Assembly: GCA_045532715.1 (NCBI GenBank)
Contig: JAZSGM010000125.1
Coordinates: 1-37,594 of the forward strand
Source: Clostridia bacterium
Lineage (GTDB): Bacteria > Bacillota > Clostridia > UBA1381 > UMGS1253
Direction: 5' to 3'
Length of the DNA stretch: 37,594 nt
A program made the translations under genes and the position numbers. The notes beneath the pieces are model-generated. The model was not told where the DNA came from. It saw only the letters and a program-made list of their open reading frames with translations, and ran no database searches. This document shows positions 1 through 9,261 of this stretch, in pieces; the stretch's first letter is position 1, and each line of letters starts with the position of its first letter.

Positions 1-64
1 CTTGTTCACGCAGTTCCATTATTTCTTTTTCATAATCTTGCATATGTCTGTATCTTCTTGGCAT
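1..64 (-). CDS. N-terminal fragment of a hypothetical protein running off the left edge (possibly an HTH / IS3-type OrfA-like start)
   Basis: ATG at 64-62 is preceded by GGAGG (76-72) with a 7-nt spacer. The frame is open to the window edge: MPRRYRHMQDYEKEIMELREQ. This charged N-terminus resembles HTH transposase-OrfA-like proteins of Firmicutes, from memory only. Caveat: + strand frame 1 is also open until TAA at 64-66, so the strand is not certain. Confidence 0.35.
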   Translation of the reverse strand, partial: MPRRYRHMQDYEKEIMELREQ

Positions 65-112
65 AAAAATACCTCCTATGGCTTTTATGATACCATAGGA
101 GGCTCTTTTTTT
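65..112. terminator. Bidirectional intrinsic terminator hairpin downstream of pgsA
   Basis: Perfect 10-bp stem CCTCCTATGG (72-81) / CCATAGGAGG (93-102) with an 11-nt loop. It is followed by CTCTTTTTTT on the + strand, and by TATTTTT on the - strand (complement of 65-71). Confidence 0.6.
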
Positions 113-163
113 CTATTGTCCGTTTTTACTGGTTCTGTTCAAAACTACAACCAAGCAACCCTC

Positions 164-712
164 TTATTTACCTTGATTCAATTGTTTCTGATACCGAATA
201 TAGGCAGCTATGTAGGAAAGCAGTGCGATAAAATTCACCGCCACAATAGCCAACGCGGCCCAGAAAACGCCGACATCCGACAACGGAACCACGCGCGGAA
301 AAATCAGCACTAACGTACATGCAAAGCTGATAAAGCAGGAAACCTTGCCAAACCAATTGGCCTGCGTAATCACACCGCGCTTATACAGCACCACGGCACC
401 AATACCAAGCAACAGCTCTTTTATCCCGACAAGTATAACCACCCAGACCAAAGAATAATCTGTGTTAAACGCCAGGCAAATCAGCGCCGTCAGCTGCATG
501 GCCTTATCCGCAATCGGATCAAGCGCTTTGCCCAGGTTGGTTACCATATTAAACTTTCGTGCAATAAAACCGTCCAATACATCCGTAATAAATGCGATGA
601 TCAGCACAGCCATTGCATAATACTGTGCACCGTCGACCGGCATCATATACACCAACAAAAACACCGGCATCAGACAAAGTCGTGCACAAGTCAATATGTT
701 TGGTATACTCAT
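164..712 (-). CDS. pgsA: CDP-diacylglycerol--glycerol-3-phosphate 3-phosphatidyltransferase
   Basis: 182 aa, multi-pass hydrophobic. Carries the CDP-alcohol phosphatidyltransferase motif D-x2-DG-x2-AR-x8-G-x3-D-x3-D (DVLDGFIARKFNMVTNLGKALDPIADK). ATG with AGGAGG 8 nt upstream. Confidence 0.9.
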   Translation of the reverse strand: MSIPNILTCARLCLMPVFLLVYMMPVDGAQYYAMAVLIIAFITDVLDGFIARKFNMVTNLGKALDPIADKAMQLTALICLAFNTDYSLVWVVILVGIKELLLGIGAVVLYKRGVITQANWFGKVSCFISFACTLVLIFPRVVPLSDVGVFWAALAIVAVNFIALLSYIAAYIRYQKQLNQGK

Positions 713-724
713 GCCAAATTCCTC

Positions 725-1696
725 CTACCAGCTCATCACCTTGCAAAGACGAATTAAATCCGGATTTAACTCCTTCTTCATTGCAAGTCCTTCATCTATA
801 TCCACATCGGTAATCTTATGATCCTGCATAACAATCAAACGGTTCGTTTTGCCCGCCATCAGTGCTTCAACCGCTTTGAGTCCCATTTCACTTGCATAAA
901 CACGATCATCCACCGTCGGCGAACCGCCACGCTGAATATGACCCAGAATGGTTGCTGTTGTTTCAATGCCGGTACGCTTTTCGATTTCCTGTGCCATGTC
1001 GATTGCGCCGCCGACGCCCTCTGCTACAATAACAAGATAATGACTCTTTCCGCGGTTCTTGCCCTCGATAATCGGACGCAGCACATCTTCATCAAAATCA
1101 AATTCCTTTTCCGGAATGATTACAGCTTCCGCACCACAGGCAATACCGGCATGCACAGCAATGTAGCCGGCATCTCTGCCCATAACCTCAATAACGGAGC
1201 TACGCTCATGACTGGATGCCGTATCACGGATTTTATCAATCGCATCCTTTACCGTATTAAGCGCCGTATCATAGCCGATACAGTATTCCGTACAACCGAT
1301 ATCATTGTCAATCGTTGCCGGGATACCAATGGTTTTTACGCCGGCCTTTGCCAAATCACGCGCACCGCGAAAAGAACCGTCGCCGCCGATAACCACCAAA
1401 CCCTCAATGCCGAAAATCTTCGCAATCTCCGCCGCACGTGCAACGCCTTCCGGTGTGCAGAACTCCTTGCATCTGGCTGTCTGCAAAATCGTACCGCCGT
1501 GCTGCAGGGTTTCAGATACACTTCGCGCATTCATTGCAAATATATCGCCGTTAATCAGGCCGTTATAGCCTTTTCGAATACCCATTACTTCAATACCGTT
1601 ATATACCGCTGTTCGCACAACACTACGCACTGCAGCATTCATACCCGGCGCGTCACCACCGCTGGTCAAAACACCGATTTTTTTAATCTGTCCCAT
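725..1696 (-). CDS. pfkA: ATP-dependent 6-phosphofructokinase
   Basis: 323 aa. N-terminus IGVLTSGGDAPGMNAAVR, plus GGDGS and MGR motifs typical of PfkA. GGAGGAGG RBS. Confidence 0.95.
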   Translation of the reverse strand: MGQIKKIGVLTSGGDAPGMNAAVRSVVRTAVYNGIEVMGIRKGYNGLINGDIFAMNARSVSETLQHGGTILQTARCKEFCTPEGVARAAEIAKIFGIEGLVVIGGDGSFRGARDLAKAGVKTIGIPATIDNDIGCTEYCIGYDTALNTVKDAIDKIRDTASSHERSSVIEVMGRDAGYIAVHAGIACGAEAVIIPEKEFDFDEDVLRPIIEGKNRGKSHYLVIVAEGVGGAIDMAQEIEKRTGIETTATILGHIQRGGSPTVDDRVYASEMGLKAVEALMAGKTNRLIVMQDHKITDVDIDEGLAMKKELNPDLIRLCKVMSW

Positions 1697-1751
1697 AAAA
1701 CGTCCTCCTCCAAAGCGTGGCTGACTGCCACATACTTATTTTCGCTGTCGG

Positions 1752-1949
1752 TTAAAAATCTGCGTCAATGATAATTTCGTGCGCCTGCGCAATTTCCGCC
1801 TCCGGAACAAGCACTTCGATGCTGCCGTCATCTGCCGTTGCCGCATCATATAACGGATGCAGGCGGGCAATAATTCCCTTCTGCTCCAAAAGCTCCTTTA
1901 AGTGCTTTGCCGTGGCTTTGCTTTTGGCAATGTAAATCACAGTCCACAT
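1752..1949 (-). CDS. Small DUF2007-like (putative PII-fold signal-transducing) protein
   Basis: 65 aa with AAGGAG RBS. Beta-alpha-beta pattern (VIYIA / KATAKHLKELLEQKGI / ARLHP ... IEVLVPEAEIAQAHEII) matches my recollection of DUF2007. No search was done. Confidence 0.55.
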   Translation of the reverse strand: MWTVIYIAKSKATAKHLKELLEQKGIIARLHPLYDAATADDGSIEVLVPEAEIAQAHEIIIDADF

Positions 1950-1996
1950 AAATATTTCTCCTTAAAAAACCAGGATAGTTTAATTCATTCTTTACT

Positions 1997-2025
1997 ATTT
2001 TACACCAAAAAAAGCTAAAATGCAA
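1997..2025 (-). promoter_or_regulatory. Candidate sigma-A promoter for the DUF2007-pfkA-pgsA unit
   Basis: On the minus strand: TTGCAT (2025-2020), 17 nt spacer, TAAAAT (2002-1997). It lies just downstream of the dnaE stop codon. Confidence 0.4.
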
Positions 2026-2032
2026 CTTTTTC

Positions 2033-5000
2033 TTATTTATACTTCACGCAATCCTCACCGAACAACGCGCGCAATGCCGCATCCAGCTCCGAAGAGCCGT
2101 CGCACCAAAGCTCACGGTTTGTACATTTAATTTCACTTGTTTTTTCAAAAAATATACATACCGGCGTTTCACCGTGATGCGCCGCAAGCACTTTTTTTGC
2201 TTCACTCCACTTGCCTTCGCACCCGGTCTTGATTTTGATATAGAGCTTCGGCATATTCTGGCTGTCAAGCACCTGTTCCATCGGTGTAATGTTTTCCAGA
2301 ATCAGCTTCGGTGCCTCATCTTCTCTTAAGCTGACGCGTGCTTTAATAAAGACAATACTGTCTTCATGAATCATAGACGCGCAGGCATCATATTTTTTCG
2401 GGAAAACAATGACGTCCAGACTGCCGTACAAATCCTCAAAACGCAGAAACGCCATCATGGTCGCATTCTTCGTCATTTTATTGCGGCGCGCGGTAATGAT
2501 GCCGCCAACGGTAACAAAATCACCGTCTTTAAAACGGCCCCCCTCTGCGATGACATACTCACCGCTTTCCTCCTGCACCGCCAAAGCATTGATTTCGCCG
2601 ATATTTGCATTGGAAAATCGCATAATGGTATCCTTATAGTCATCCAGCGGATGCCCCGAAAGATAGAGCCCGATGGTGTCTTTCTCCATGGCAAGCAAAT
2701 CCCGCTTGTCGAACTCCGGTAACCGTTCAAACGCATCATCTGCCTGTGTCTGCGCCGGCGCATCGTCAAAAAGCGACAGCTGTCCGTCCAGCACATCCTT
2801 GTTTCCGGCACTGATTGTACCGACAAGCTGTTCATATGCACCAATCAGGGTTGCACGCGTATGCCCAAGCGTGTCAAATGTTCCGCAGCGAATCAGATTT
2901 TCCAGAGAGCGCTTATTTAAATCGCTCTGCGCCATACGCTCCGCAAAATCCGTAAAGCTTGTGAACGGTCCGTGCAGCTCGCGTTCCTCCGCAATCTGCA
3001 CCAACAGCTTATGTCCGACATTTTTTACAGCCTCTAAGCCGAAACGGATGTTTCCGCCCTCAACGGTAAAACCGTAATAGCTATGGTTAATATCCGGCGG
3101 CAGAATATGAATTCCCAACCGCGAACACTCCAGAATGTAGCCGACGGTTTTATCCGTATCGCTCATTGTACTGCTGATCAGTGCCGCCATATACTCCGCA
3201 GGATAAAACGCCTTCAGATATGCCGTCTGGTAAGCAACTACCGCATAAGCTGCCGCATGTGATTTATTAAACGCATAGCTGGCAAAATCCATGATTTCAT
3301 CAAAAATACTCTTTGCAACTTCCTCTGAAATGCCGCGCTGCATCGCCCCTTCGATGACTACATTTCCATCTTCATCCTTGAGTCCGTAAATAAAGTTCTG
3401 ACGCTCAATTTCCATAACGTCATGTTTTTTCTTACTCATCGCGCGGCGCAAAAGGTCTGCCTTGCCGAGCGAGTAGCCCGCAAGCTTTTGCACAATCTGC
3501 AATACCTGCTCCTGATAAATAATACAACCGTAGGTCACGTCTAAAATCGACTCCAGCATCGGGTGCTTATATGTGATTTTTTCCGGGTGGTTTTTATTTT
3601 TAATATACCGCGGAATCTGGTCCATCGGCCCCGGTCGGTATAACGAAATACCCGCGATAATATCTTCAAGAGAGCTCGGGCGCAATTCCTTCATAAATTC
3701 GCGCATACCGCCACTTTCCAGCTGGAATATGCCGGAGGTTTCTCCGGAGGAAATCAGTTCAAAAACTTCCGTATCCGAATAGTCCAAAGCAGACAAGTCC
3801 AGATCAATACCCCTTGTTTTTTTCACATTCTCAATCGCATTTGCGATAACGGTTAGGTTTCGCAAACCAAGAAAGTCCATTTTCAGCAAGCCCAGGTCGC
3901 TCAAATTGTCCATGTGATACTGCGTCGTAATCACATCCTTGGCAAACTGCAACGGGACATAATGCGACACCGGTTCTCCGGAAATTACAACACCTGCAGC
4001 ATGCACACCGCTGTGGCGCGGCAAGCCTTCAATCGCCTTTGCCGTATCCAGCAGTGCGTGAATGCTGTCATCCTGCTCATAAAGCTCTGCAAGCTCATGA
4101 TTGATATCAATTGCTTTTTCAATTGTCATCTTCAAATCCGTCGGCACGAGCTTTGCCACACGGTCTACCGTTGCAAGCGGCACATTCAGTGCTCTGCCCA
4201 CATCACGGATTGCCGCACGCGCCTTCAGCGTACCAAAAGTAATAATCTGCGCCACACGATCTGCACCGTACTTGCGGTTTACGTAGTCAATAACCTCACC
4301 GCGACGCTCAATACAAAAGTCCGTATCAATATCCGGCATGCTCACGCGCTCCGGATTTAAAAACCGCTCAAAAAGCAAATTATAACGCAACGGATCAATG
4401 GTCGTAATATCCAATGTATATGCAACGATACTGCCCGCGCCCGAGCCTCTGCCCGGACCGACGGCAATGCCGTTGTCCTTTGCAAATTTAATAAAATCCC
4501 ATACAATCAGGAAGTAATCCACATACCCCATAGAGGAAATGACACCCAGTTCATATTCCAGGCGATCGGTGTGTACTTTTGTAATTTCCTTATAACGTTT
4601 TGCAAGTCCCTCACGGCAGAGCTTTTCCAGATATGCATAAGAGGTATACCCTTCCGGAACATCGAATTTCGGCAGATGCACCTTATCAAAATCAAAGGTC
4701 ACATTACAGCGCTCCGCAATGCTGTTTGTATTTTTCACCGCTTCGGGAATCCACGAAAAGAGCTCCGCCATCTCGCTGCCGCTTTTTAAGTAGAACTCGT
4801 CCGAACCAAAGCGCATACGGTCCGGATCATCAACGGTTTTTCCCATCTGGATGCACATCAATACATCCTGATACTTTGCGTCCTCACGGCGGATATAGTG
4901 CAAATCATTTGTACACACAAGCGGTGCATCAATCTCACGCGCCAGACGCACCAGCGCCGGATTGGTTTTCTTTTGCTCCTCCAGACCATGATCCTGCAGC

Positions 5001-5530
5001 TCAATATAGTAATTTTCCTTACCAAAAAGATTTTGATAATACAGTGCCGTCCGCTTCGCGCCCTCATAGTCGCCTTCTAAAAGCAAGCTCGGCAGCTCAC
5101 CGGCAAGACACGCAGAAAGACAAATCAATCCCTCACTATGGCGCTCCAGAAGCGCCTTGTCTACACGCGGTTTATAATAAAAGCCTTCCGTAAACGCATC
5201 GGAAACCATCTGAATCAAATTCTGGTAGCCCGCATTGTCCTTACACAAAAGAACAAGATGGTGATTGCGTCCATCCATTTCGTGCGTCTTATCAAAGCGC
5301 GTACGCGGGCAGACATAGACCTCACAGCCGATTATCGGCTTCACACCTGCCGCGGTTGCCGCCTTATAAAAGTCGACCGCCCCGTACATAACGCCGTGAT
5401 CCGTCATTGCAATCGCATCCATATTCATCTGCTTTGCCGTTTCCACCAGTTTTTTCACCGGTGCGGCTCCGTCCAGCAGCGAATACTCTGTATGCACATG
5501 TAAGTGTGTAAATTTTACGGTTTCAATCAT
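2033..5530 (-). CDS. dnaE: DNA polymerase III alpha subunit (DnaE type)
   Basis: 1165 aa. N-terminal PHP domain (HLHVHTEYSLLDGA), polymerase core (PDIDTDF), and HhH and OB regions, all co-linear with DnaE. Confidence 0.95.
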   Translation of the reverse strand: MIETVKFTHLHVHTEYSLLDGAAPVKKLVETAKQMNMDAIAMTDHGVMYGAVDFYKAATAAGVKPIIGCEVYVCPRTRFDKTHEMDGRNHHLVLLCKDNAGYQNLIQMVSDAFTEGFYYKPRVDKALLERHSEGLICLSACLAGELPSLLLEGDYEGAKRTALYYQNLFGKENYYIELQDHGLEEQKKTNPALVRLAREIDAPLVCTNDLHYIRREDAKYQDVLMCIQMGKTVDDPDRMRFGSDEFYLKSGSEMAELFSWIPEAVKNTNSIAERCNVTFDFDKVHLPKFDVPEGYTSYAYLEKLCREGLAKRYKEITKVHTDRLEYELGVISSMGYVDYFLIVWDFIKFAKDNGIAVGPGRGSGAGSIVAYTLDITTIDPLRYNLLFERFLNPERVSMPDIDTDFCIERRGEVIDYVNRKYGADRVAQIITFGTLKARAAIRDVGRALNVPLATVDRVAKLVPTDLKMTIEKAIDINHELAELYEQDDSIHALLDTAKAIEGLPRHSGVHAAGVVISGEPVSHYVPLQFAKDVITTQYHMDNLSDLGLLKMDFLGLRNLTVIANAIENVKKTRGIDLDLSALDYSDTEVFELISSGETSGIFQLESGGMREFMKELRPSSLEDIIAGISLYRPGPMDQIPRYIKNKNHPEKITYKHPMLESILDVTYGCIIYQEQVLQIVQKLAGYSLGKADLLRRAMSKKKHDVMEIERQNFIYGLKDEDGNVVIEGAMQRGISEEVAKSIFDEIMDFASYAFNKSHAAAYAVVAYQTAYLKAFYPAEYMAALISSTMSDTDKTVGYILECSRLGIHILPPDINHSYYGFTVEGGNIRFGLEAVKNVGHKLLVQIAEERELHGPFTSFTDFAERMAQSDLNKRSLENLIRCGTFDTLGHTRATLIGAYEQLVGTISAGNKDVLDGQLSLFDDAPAQTQADDAFERLPEFDKRDLLAMEKDTIGLYLSGHPLDDYKDTIMRFSNANIGEINALAVQEESGEYVIAEGGRFKDGDFVTVGGIITARRNKMTKNATMMAFLRFEDLYGSLDVIVFPKKYDACASMIHEDSIVFIKARVSLREDEAPKLILENITPMEQVLDSQNMPKLYIKIKTGCEGKWSEAKKVLAAHHGETPVCIFFEKTSEIKCTNRELWCDGSSELDAALRALFGEDCVKYK

Positions 5531-5575
5531 AATAATTTCCTCTGAATTTTACTTTTGATTAGTTTGCGCTAACCG

Positions 5576-6463
5576 TTATAAGCTCTCTGCAATTTCCAAC
5601 AGCTTGGCCAAACGGTGGTTTGCACCGGATTTTCCGATTGGCGGGTTCAGCGTTGCCGCCAGATCCTGCAAGGAAAGCTCCGGATTATCTACCCTTGCCT
5701 TTGCCATTTCCGCGAGCGGCGGCGGCAGGGCATCCAAGCCGATGATACGTTCAATCTTTTGAATGGCGGCCACCTGCTTTTGCGATGCATTCATTGTTTT
5801 CGTCAGGTTGGCACTATCGCAATTCATCTGCCGGTTGACGCGGTTGCGCACCTCGCGCTCAATTTTTATATTATAAAAATCCATCATCGTCATTCCGGCA
5901 CCAATACGTCCCAAAAGCTCTGCAATCGCTTCGCTGTCTTTAATGTAAACAACAAAATGATTCTTGCGCACCGTCAATCCGGCAATATAACCGCAAGTGG
6001 CCAGAAGCTCTGTCTGAAAATCCGCAACCTTTGGGTTAGTTGTGACAAACTCCATATGGTAATTTTTTTCCGGATCTGCAACCGAACCTCCACCCAGAAA
6101 TGCGCCGCGCAAAAAGCTTGCAACGCAGCAATCCATATCGGGATGCAATGTATCCGGCTCTAAGGTATCCGACAGGCCGACTGCACGCAAAAGGGTTTTC
6201 GTTCCGTCAGCATCAACACGAATTGTATACCAACCGCCATCCTTCTTCGGCGCTTGCAAACCAACCTTCTCTGTCAGCGTAACCTCCTGCACCAAATCAC
6301 GAATACGATCGGCAATGTTTTTGTTTTCAATGTTGAACTTTAACACCCCGTTACGCCGGGTTGCGGCAAAGCAAACAAGGGCTGCAAGCTCACTTCGCTT
6401 GCAGCACCATGTCTCCGATGTCACTTTACACAATGAATTTTTCGTTTCCGCGGAAAACGTCAT
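5576..6463 (-). CDS. whiA: DNA-binding protein WhiA (sporulation/cell-division regulator)
   Basis: 295 aa. Degenerate LAGLIDADG-like core (FLRGAFLGGGSVADPEKNYHMEF) and a C-terminal HTH. Sits immediately after rapZ, the conserved position. Confidence 0.9.
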   Translation of the reverse strand: MTFSAETKNSLCKVTSETWCCKRSELAALVCFAATRRNGVLKFNIENKNIADRIRDLVQEVTLTEKVGLQAPKKDGGWYTIRVDADGTKTLLRAVGLSDTLEPDTLHPDMDCCVASFLRGAFLGGGSVADPEKNYHMEFVTTNPKVADFQTELLATCGYIAGLTVRKNHFVVYIKDSEAIAELLGRIGAGMTMMDFYNIKIEREVRNRVNRQMNCDSANLTKTMNASQKQVAAIQKIERIIGLDALPPPLAEMAKARVDNPELSLQDLAATLNPPIGKSGANHRLAKLLEIAESL

Positions 6464-6467
6464 CGTT

Positions 6468-7328
6468 TTAAACCTCTCTCTGAATATCGCGATGTGTTAC
6501 AACGGCATTATAGCCGATTTCTCTTAAATAACGATGCAGCTCCATCGCCAGTGTTACACTTCTGTGATGACCGCCCGTGCAGCCGATGCCGATGACGAGC
6601 TGGCCCTTACCCTCTTCAATATAATACGGAATCAGATAGGAAACCATATCCTTCAGCTTTTCCAGAAACTCCTGCGTCTGCTTAAAGCCCAATACGTAAG
6701 AGGAAACACATTCCTCCAGACCGGTATGATGCTTCAGATCGTCATCATAGTACGGATTCGGCAAGAAACGCACATCGAAAACAAGGTCGCCATCCAGAAC
6801 TATACCGTACTTATAGCCGAACGAAGTCACATTAATAACAATGGAACGCGACACGCTGCCGTTGGTCACGATATCACGGATTGTATCCTTCAGCTGACTC
6901 GGACTTAAGCTGGAAGTGTCCACAATATGGTTGGCTTTATTTCTGACATACTCTAAAATTTCACGTTCCTTCTGGATTGCATCAATGAGCCTGCCGTCAC
7001 GTGCAAGCGGATGCATTCTGCGCGTTTCTTTATAACGCTTTACAAGCACATCGTCTTTGGCATCCAGAAAGAGCACCTCATACGCATAGCCCGATGCTTT
7101 CAGTGTATTTAACTCATTAAACAGCTCCGAAAACATATCACCACCGCGAATATCAATCACCATAGCAACCTTTTCGATTTTGCCGTTCGAGGCATAGAAA
7201 ATCTCAGCCAGCTTCGGAATCAATGCCGGTGGCATATTATCAATGCAATAATAATCCATGTCCTCCAGGCAACGAATTACCTGCGTTTTTCCAGCCCCGG
7301 ACAGGCCGGTGATAATGATAAATCGCAT
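6468..7328 (-). CDS. rapZ: RNase adapter / nucleotide-binding protein RapZ (YvcJ)
   Basis: 286 aa. Walker A ITGLSGAGKT at the N-terminus and the conserved C-terminal CTGGHHRSV motif. Confidence 0.9.
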   Translation of the reverse strand: MRFIIITGLSGAGKTQVIRCLEDMDYYCIDNMPPALIPKLAEIFYASNGKIEKVAMVIDIRGGDMFSELFNELNTLKASGYAYEVLFLDAKDDVLVKRYKETRRMHPLARDGRLIDAIQKEREILEYVRNKANHIVDTSSLSPSQLKDTIRDIVTNGSVSRSIVINVTSFGYKYGIVLDGDLVFDVRFLPNPYYDDDLKHHTGLEECVSSYVLGFKQTQEFLEKLKDMVSYLIPYYIEEGKGQLVIGIGCTGGHHRSVTLAMELHRYLREIGYNAVVTHRDIQREV

Positions 7329-7349
7329 ACGTCTGCTCCTTCCGTAACT

Positions 7350-8273
7350 CTACCTTGTTGTATCAAACCCCAAGGTCTTCACTTCGCATTCCAATTCCAC
7401 ACCAAATCGTGCTTTAACCGTTTCCTGAATATATGCAATCAACGCGCACACATCCGCCGCTGTTGCACCGCCTTTATTGATGATAAAGCCTGCGTGCTTT
7501 TCCGACACAGCCGCACCACCAATCTGGTACCCCTTCAGGCCCGCCTGCTCAATCAAAGCGCCGGCGAAATGCCCTTCCGGTCTTTTAAACACCGAGCCGC
7601 AGCTCGGAAACTCTAACGGCTGCTTGTCGTTCCTGCGCTTTGCAAACTCTGCCATTGCACTGCGAATCTGCGTTTTGTCGCCAAATTGCAGCTTAAACAC
7701 CGCTTCCAGAACAATGTAGCCACGCTTTAAATAGATGCTTGTTCTGTAGCCATACTCACTCTCTTGCGGTGTCAGAGTCAGCACGCAGTCCTCCGCCGGA
7801 CTGTAGCAAACAACGCTTTCCAGCACATCGGAAACCTCACCGCCATAAGCGCCGGCATTCATTGCTACAGCGCCACCAACGCAACCGAAAATACCGGAAA
7901 TCGGCTCCATACCCGTCAAACTCAACTCTGCCGCAAAGCTCGCTACTTTGCCAAGCAGCACACCTGCACCTGCGCGAATGCGTTCACCATCTGCTTCAAG
8001 TGTACGCATATTCTTCGCACAAATGATAACAACACCGCGAATACCGTCATCGCTGACAAGCAGATTTGTGCCACCTCCGATTACAGCATACGGAATGTCT
8101 TCCGCTCTGCAGAGCTCTACAACGGTTTTAATTTGCGCTACGCCGTTCGGGAACACAGCGCAATCCGCCTTCCCTCCGATTTTGTAAGCCGTATGCAGAT
8201 GCATCGGCTCATCAAATCGCGCCTCTATATTCTCTTTTGCAAGTACGTCTTTTACCCTTTGACTTAAAGACAT
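7350..8273 (-). CDS. murB: UDP-N-acetylenolpyruvoylglucosamine reductase
   Basis: 307 aa. FAD-binding N-domain (IGGGTNLLVSD) and the type II MurB C-terminal domain (GSVFKRP, SEKHAGFIIN). Confidence 0.9.
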   Translation of the reverse strand: MSLSQRVKDVLAKENIEARFDEPMHLHTAYKIGGKADCAVFPNGVAQIKTVVELCRAEDIPYAVIGGGTNLLVSDDGIRGVVIICAKNMRTLEADGERIRAGAGVLLGKVASFAAELSLTGMEPISGIFGCVGGAVAMNAGAYGGEVSDVLESVVCYSPAEDCVLTLTPQESEYGYRTSIYLKRGYIVLEAVFKLQFGDKTQIRSAMAEFAKRRNDKQPLEFPSCGSVFKRPEGHFAGALIEQAGLKGYQIGGAAVSEKHAGFIINKGGATAADVCALIAYIQETVKARFGVELECEVKTLGFDTTR

Positions 8274-8293
8274 AGCTGCCTCCTGAAATTGAT

Positions 8294-9241
8294 TTAATTC
8301 TGCTCACCAAGCAATGCCGCACCAATAATACCGGCATCGTTGCCAAGCTTTGCTGCCGCAATACGTGTATGCACACCATTGTGCTTATAGGTCTCCGTTT
8401 CCGCAAGCTTGCGGATCGGATCCAGCAGGTAGTCGCCTTCCTTACTGATAGCTCCGCCGATTAAAAGCACCTCCGGCTGGAAAATGTTAATCATAGAAGC
8501 AACACCCTCGCCGACTGCCTTGATATAAGCATCCACAACCTTCTGCGCAACCGCATCGCCCGCTTTTGCCGCATCAAACGACGTTCTGCCATTTACGCGG
8601 GAAAGGTCACCCTCCACCGCTTTTGCCATGGCGCAATCCGGGTTTTGCTCAATTGCTTTTTTCGTTTCGCGAATCAGCGCGGAAACCGAAGCCTCCGTTT
8701 CCCAGCAGCCGTATCTGCCGCAACCGCACTTGATTTCGCTGTCTTTATTGACCTGAATATGACCGATTTCAGCGGCAACGCCGTTAAAGCCGTCATAAAT
8801 TTTACCGTCTAAGATGATGCCGCCGCCGACACCCGTACCGAGTGTTACGAAGAAAAGGCTCTCCATTTTCTCACCGATTACCTTGTATTCGCCATATGCA
8901 GCAACATTGGCATCATTGCCTAAATACGCCGGCACACCAAGCTCATTTTGAATAATCTCACAAATATGTGTATCGTTGAAATTGATGTTCGCAGAAAATG
9001 CACAAATACCTGTCTTTGAATTGCAGGCACCCGGACAACCCACGCCAACCGCTTTGATCTCTTTTAAAGAAAGTCCTGCTTCCTCTGTCAGCTCACGTGC
9101 AAGTCTTGCCATATCCTTCGCAATTTCATCACCGTGACGCTCTGCCCCCGTCGGCATGGTTTTTGTGCGCACGATTTCATAGTTTTCATTTACCAGACCT
9201 GCCTTAATCGACATGCCTCCCAAATCTATACCTATGTACAT
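8294..9241 (-). CDS. glcK: ROK-family glucokinase
   Basis: 315 aa. N-terminal ATPase motif IGIDLGG and the ROK zinc motif CGCGRYGCWE. Confidence 0.85.
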   Translation of the reverse strand: MYIGIDLGGMSIKAGLVNENYEIVRTKTMPTGAERHGDEIAKDMARLARELTEEAGLSLKEIKAVGVGCPGACNSKTGICAFSANINFNDTHICEIIQNELGVPAYLGNDANVAAYGEYKVIGEKMESLFFVTLGTGVGGGIILDGKIYDGFNGVAAEIGHIQVNKDSEIKCGCGRYGCWETEASVSALIRETKKAIEQNPDCAMAKAVEGDLSRVNGRTSFDAAKAGDAVAQKVVDAYIKAVGEGVASMINIFQPEVLLIGGAISKEGDYLLDPIRKLAETETYKHNGVHTRIAAAKLGNDAGIIGAALLGEQN

Positions 9242-9261
9242 TTTCTTTCCCCCTATACTTT

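Noticed and set aside
2-313. 103-aa ORF on the + strand at the left edge
   Set aside because: It overlaps the pgsA 3' end and the terminator hairpin. It uses a TTG start without an RBS, and its sequence is hydrophobic and low in complexity.
818-1771. 317-aa ORF on the + strand
   Set aside because: It is entirely antisense to the well-supported pfkA. It has no RBS, and its low-complexity Arg/Cys/Asn/Thr-rich composition is typical of an open antisense frame.
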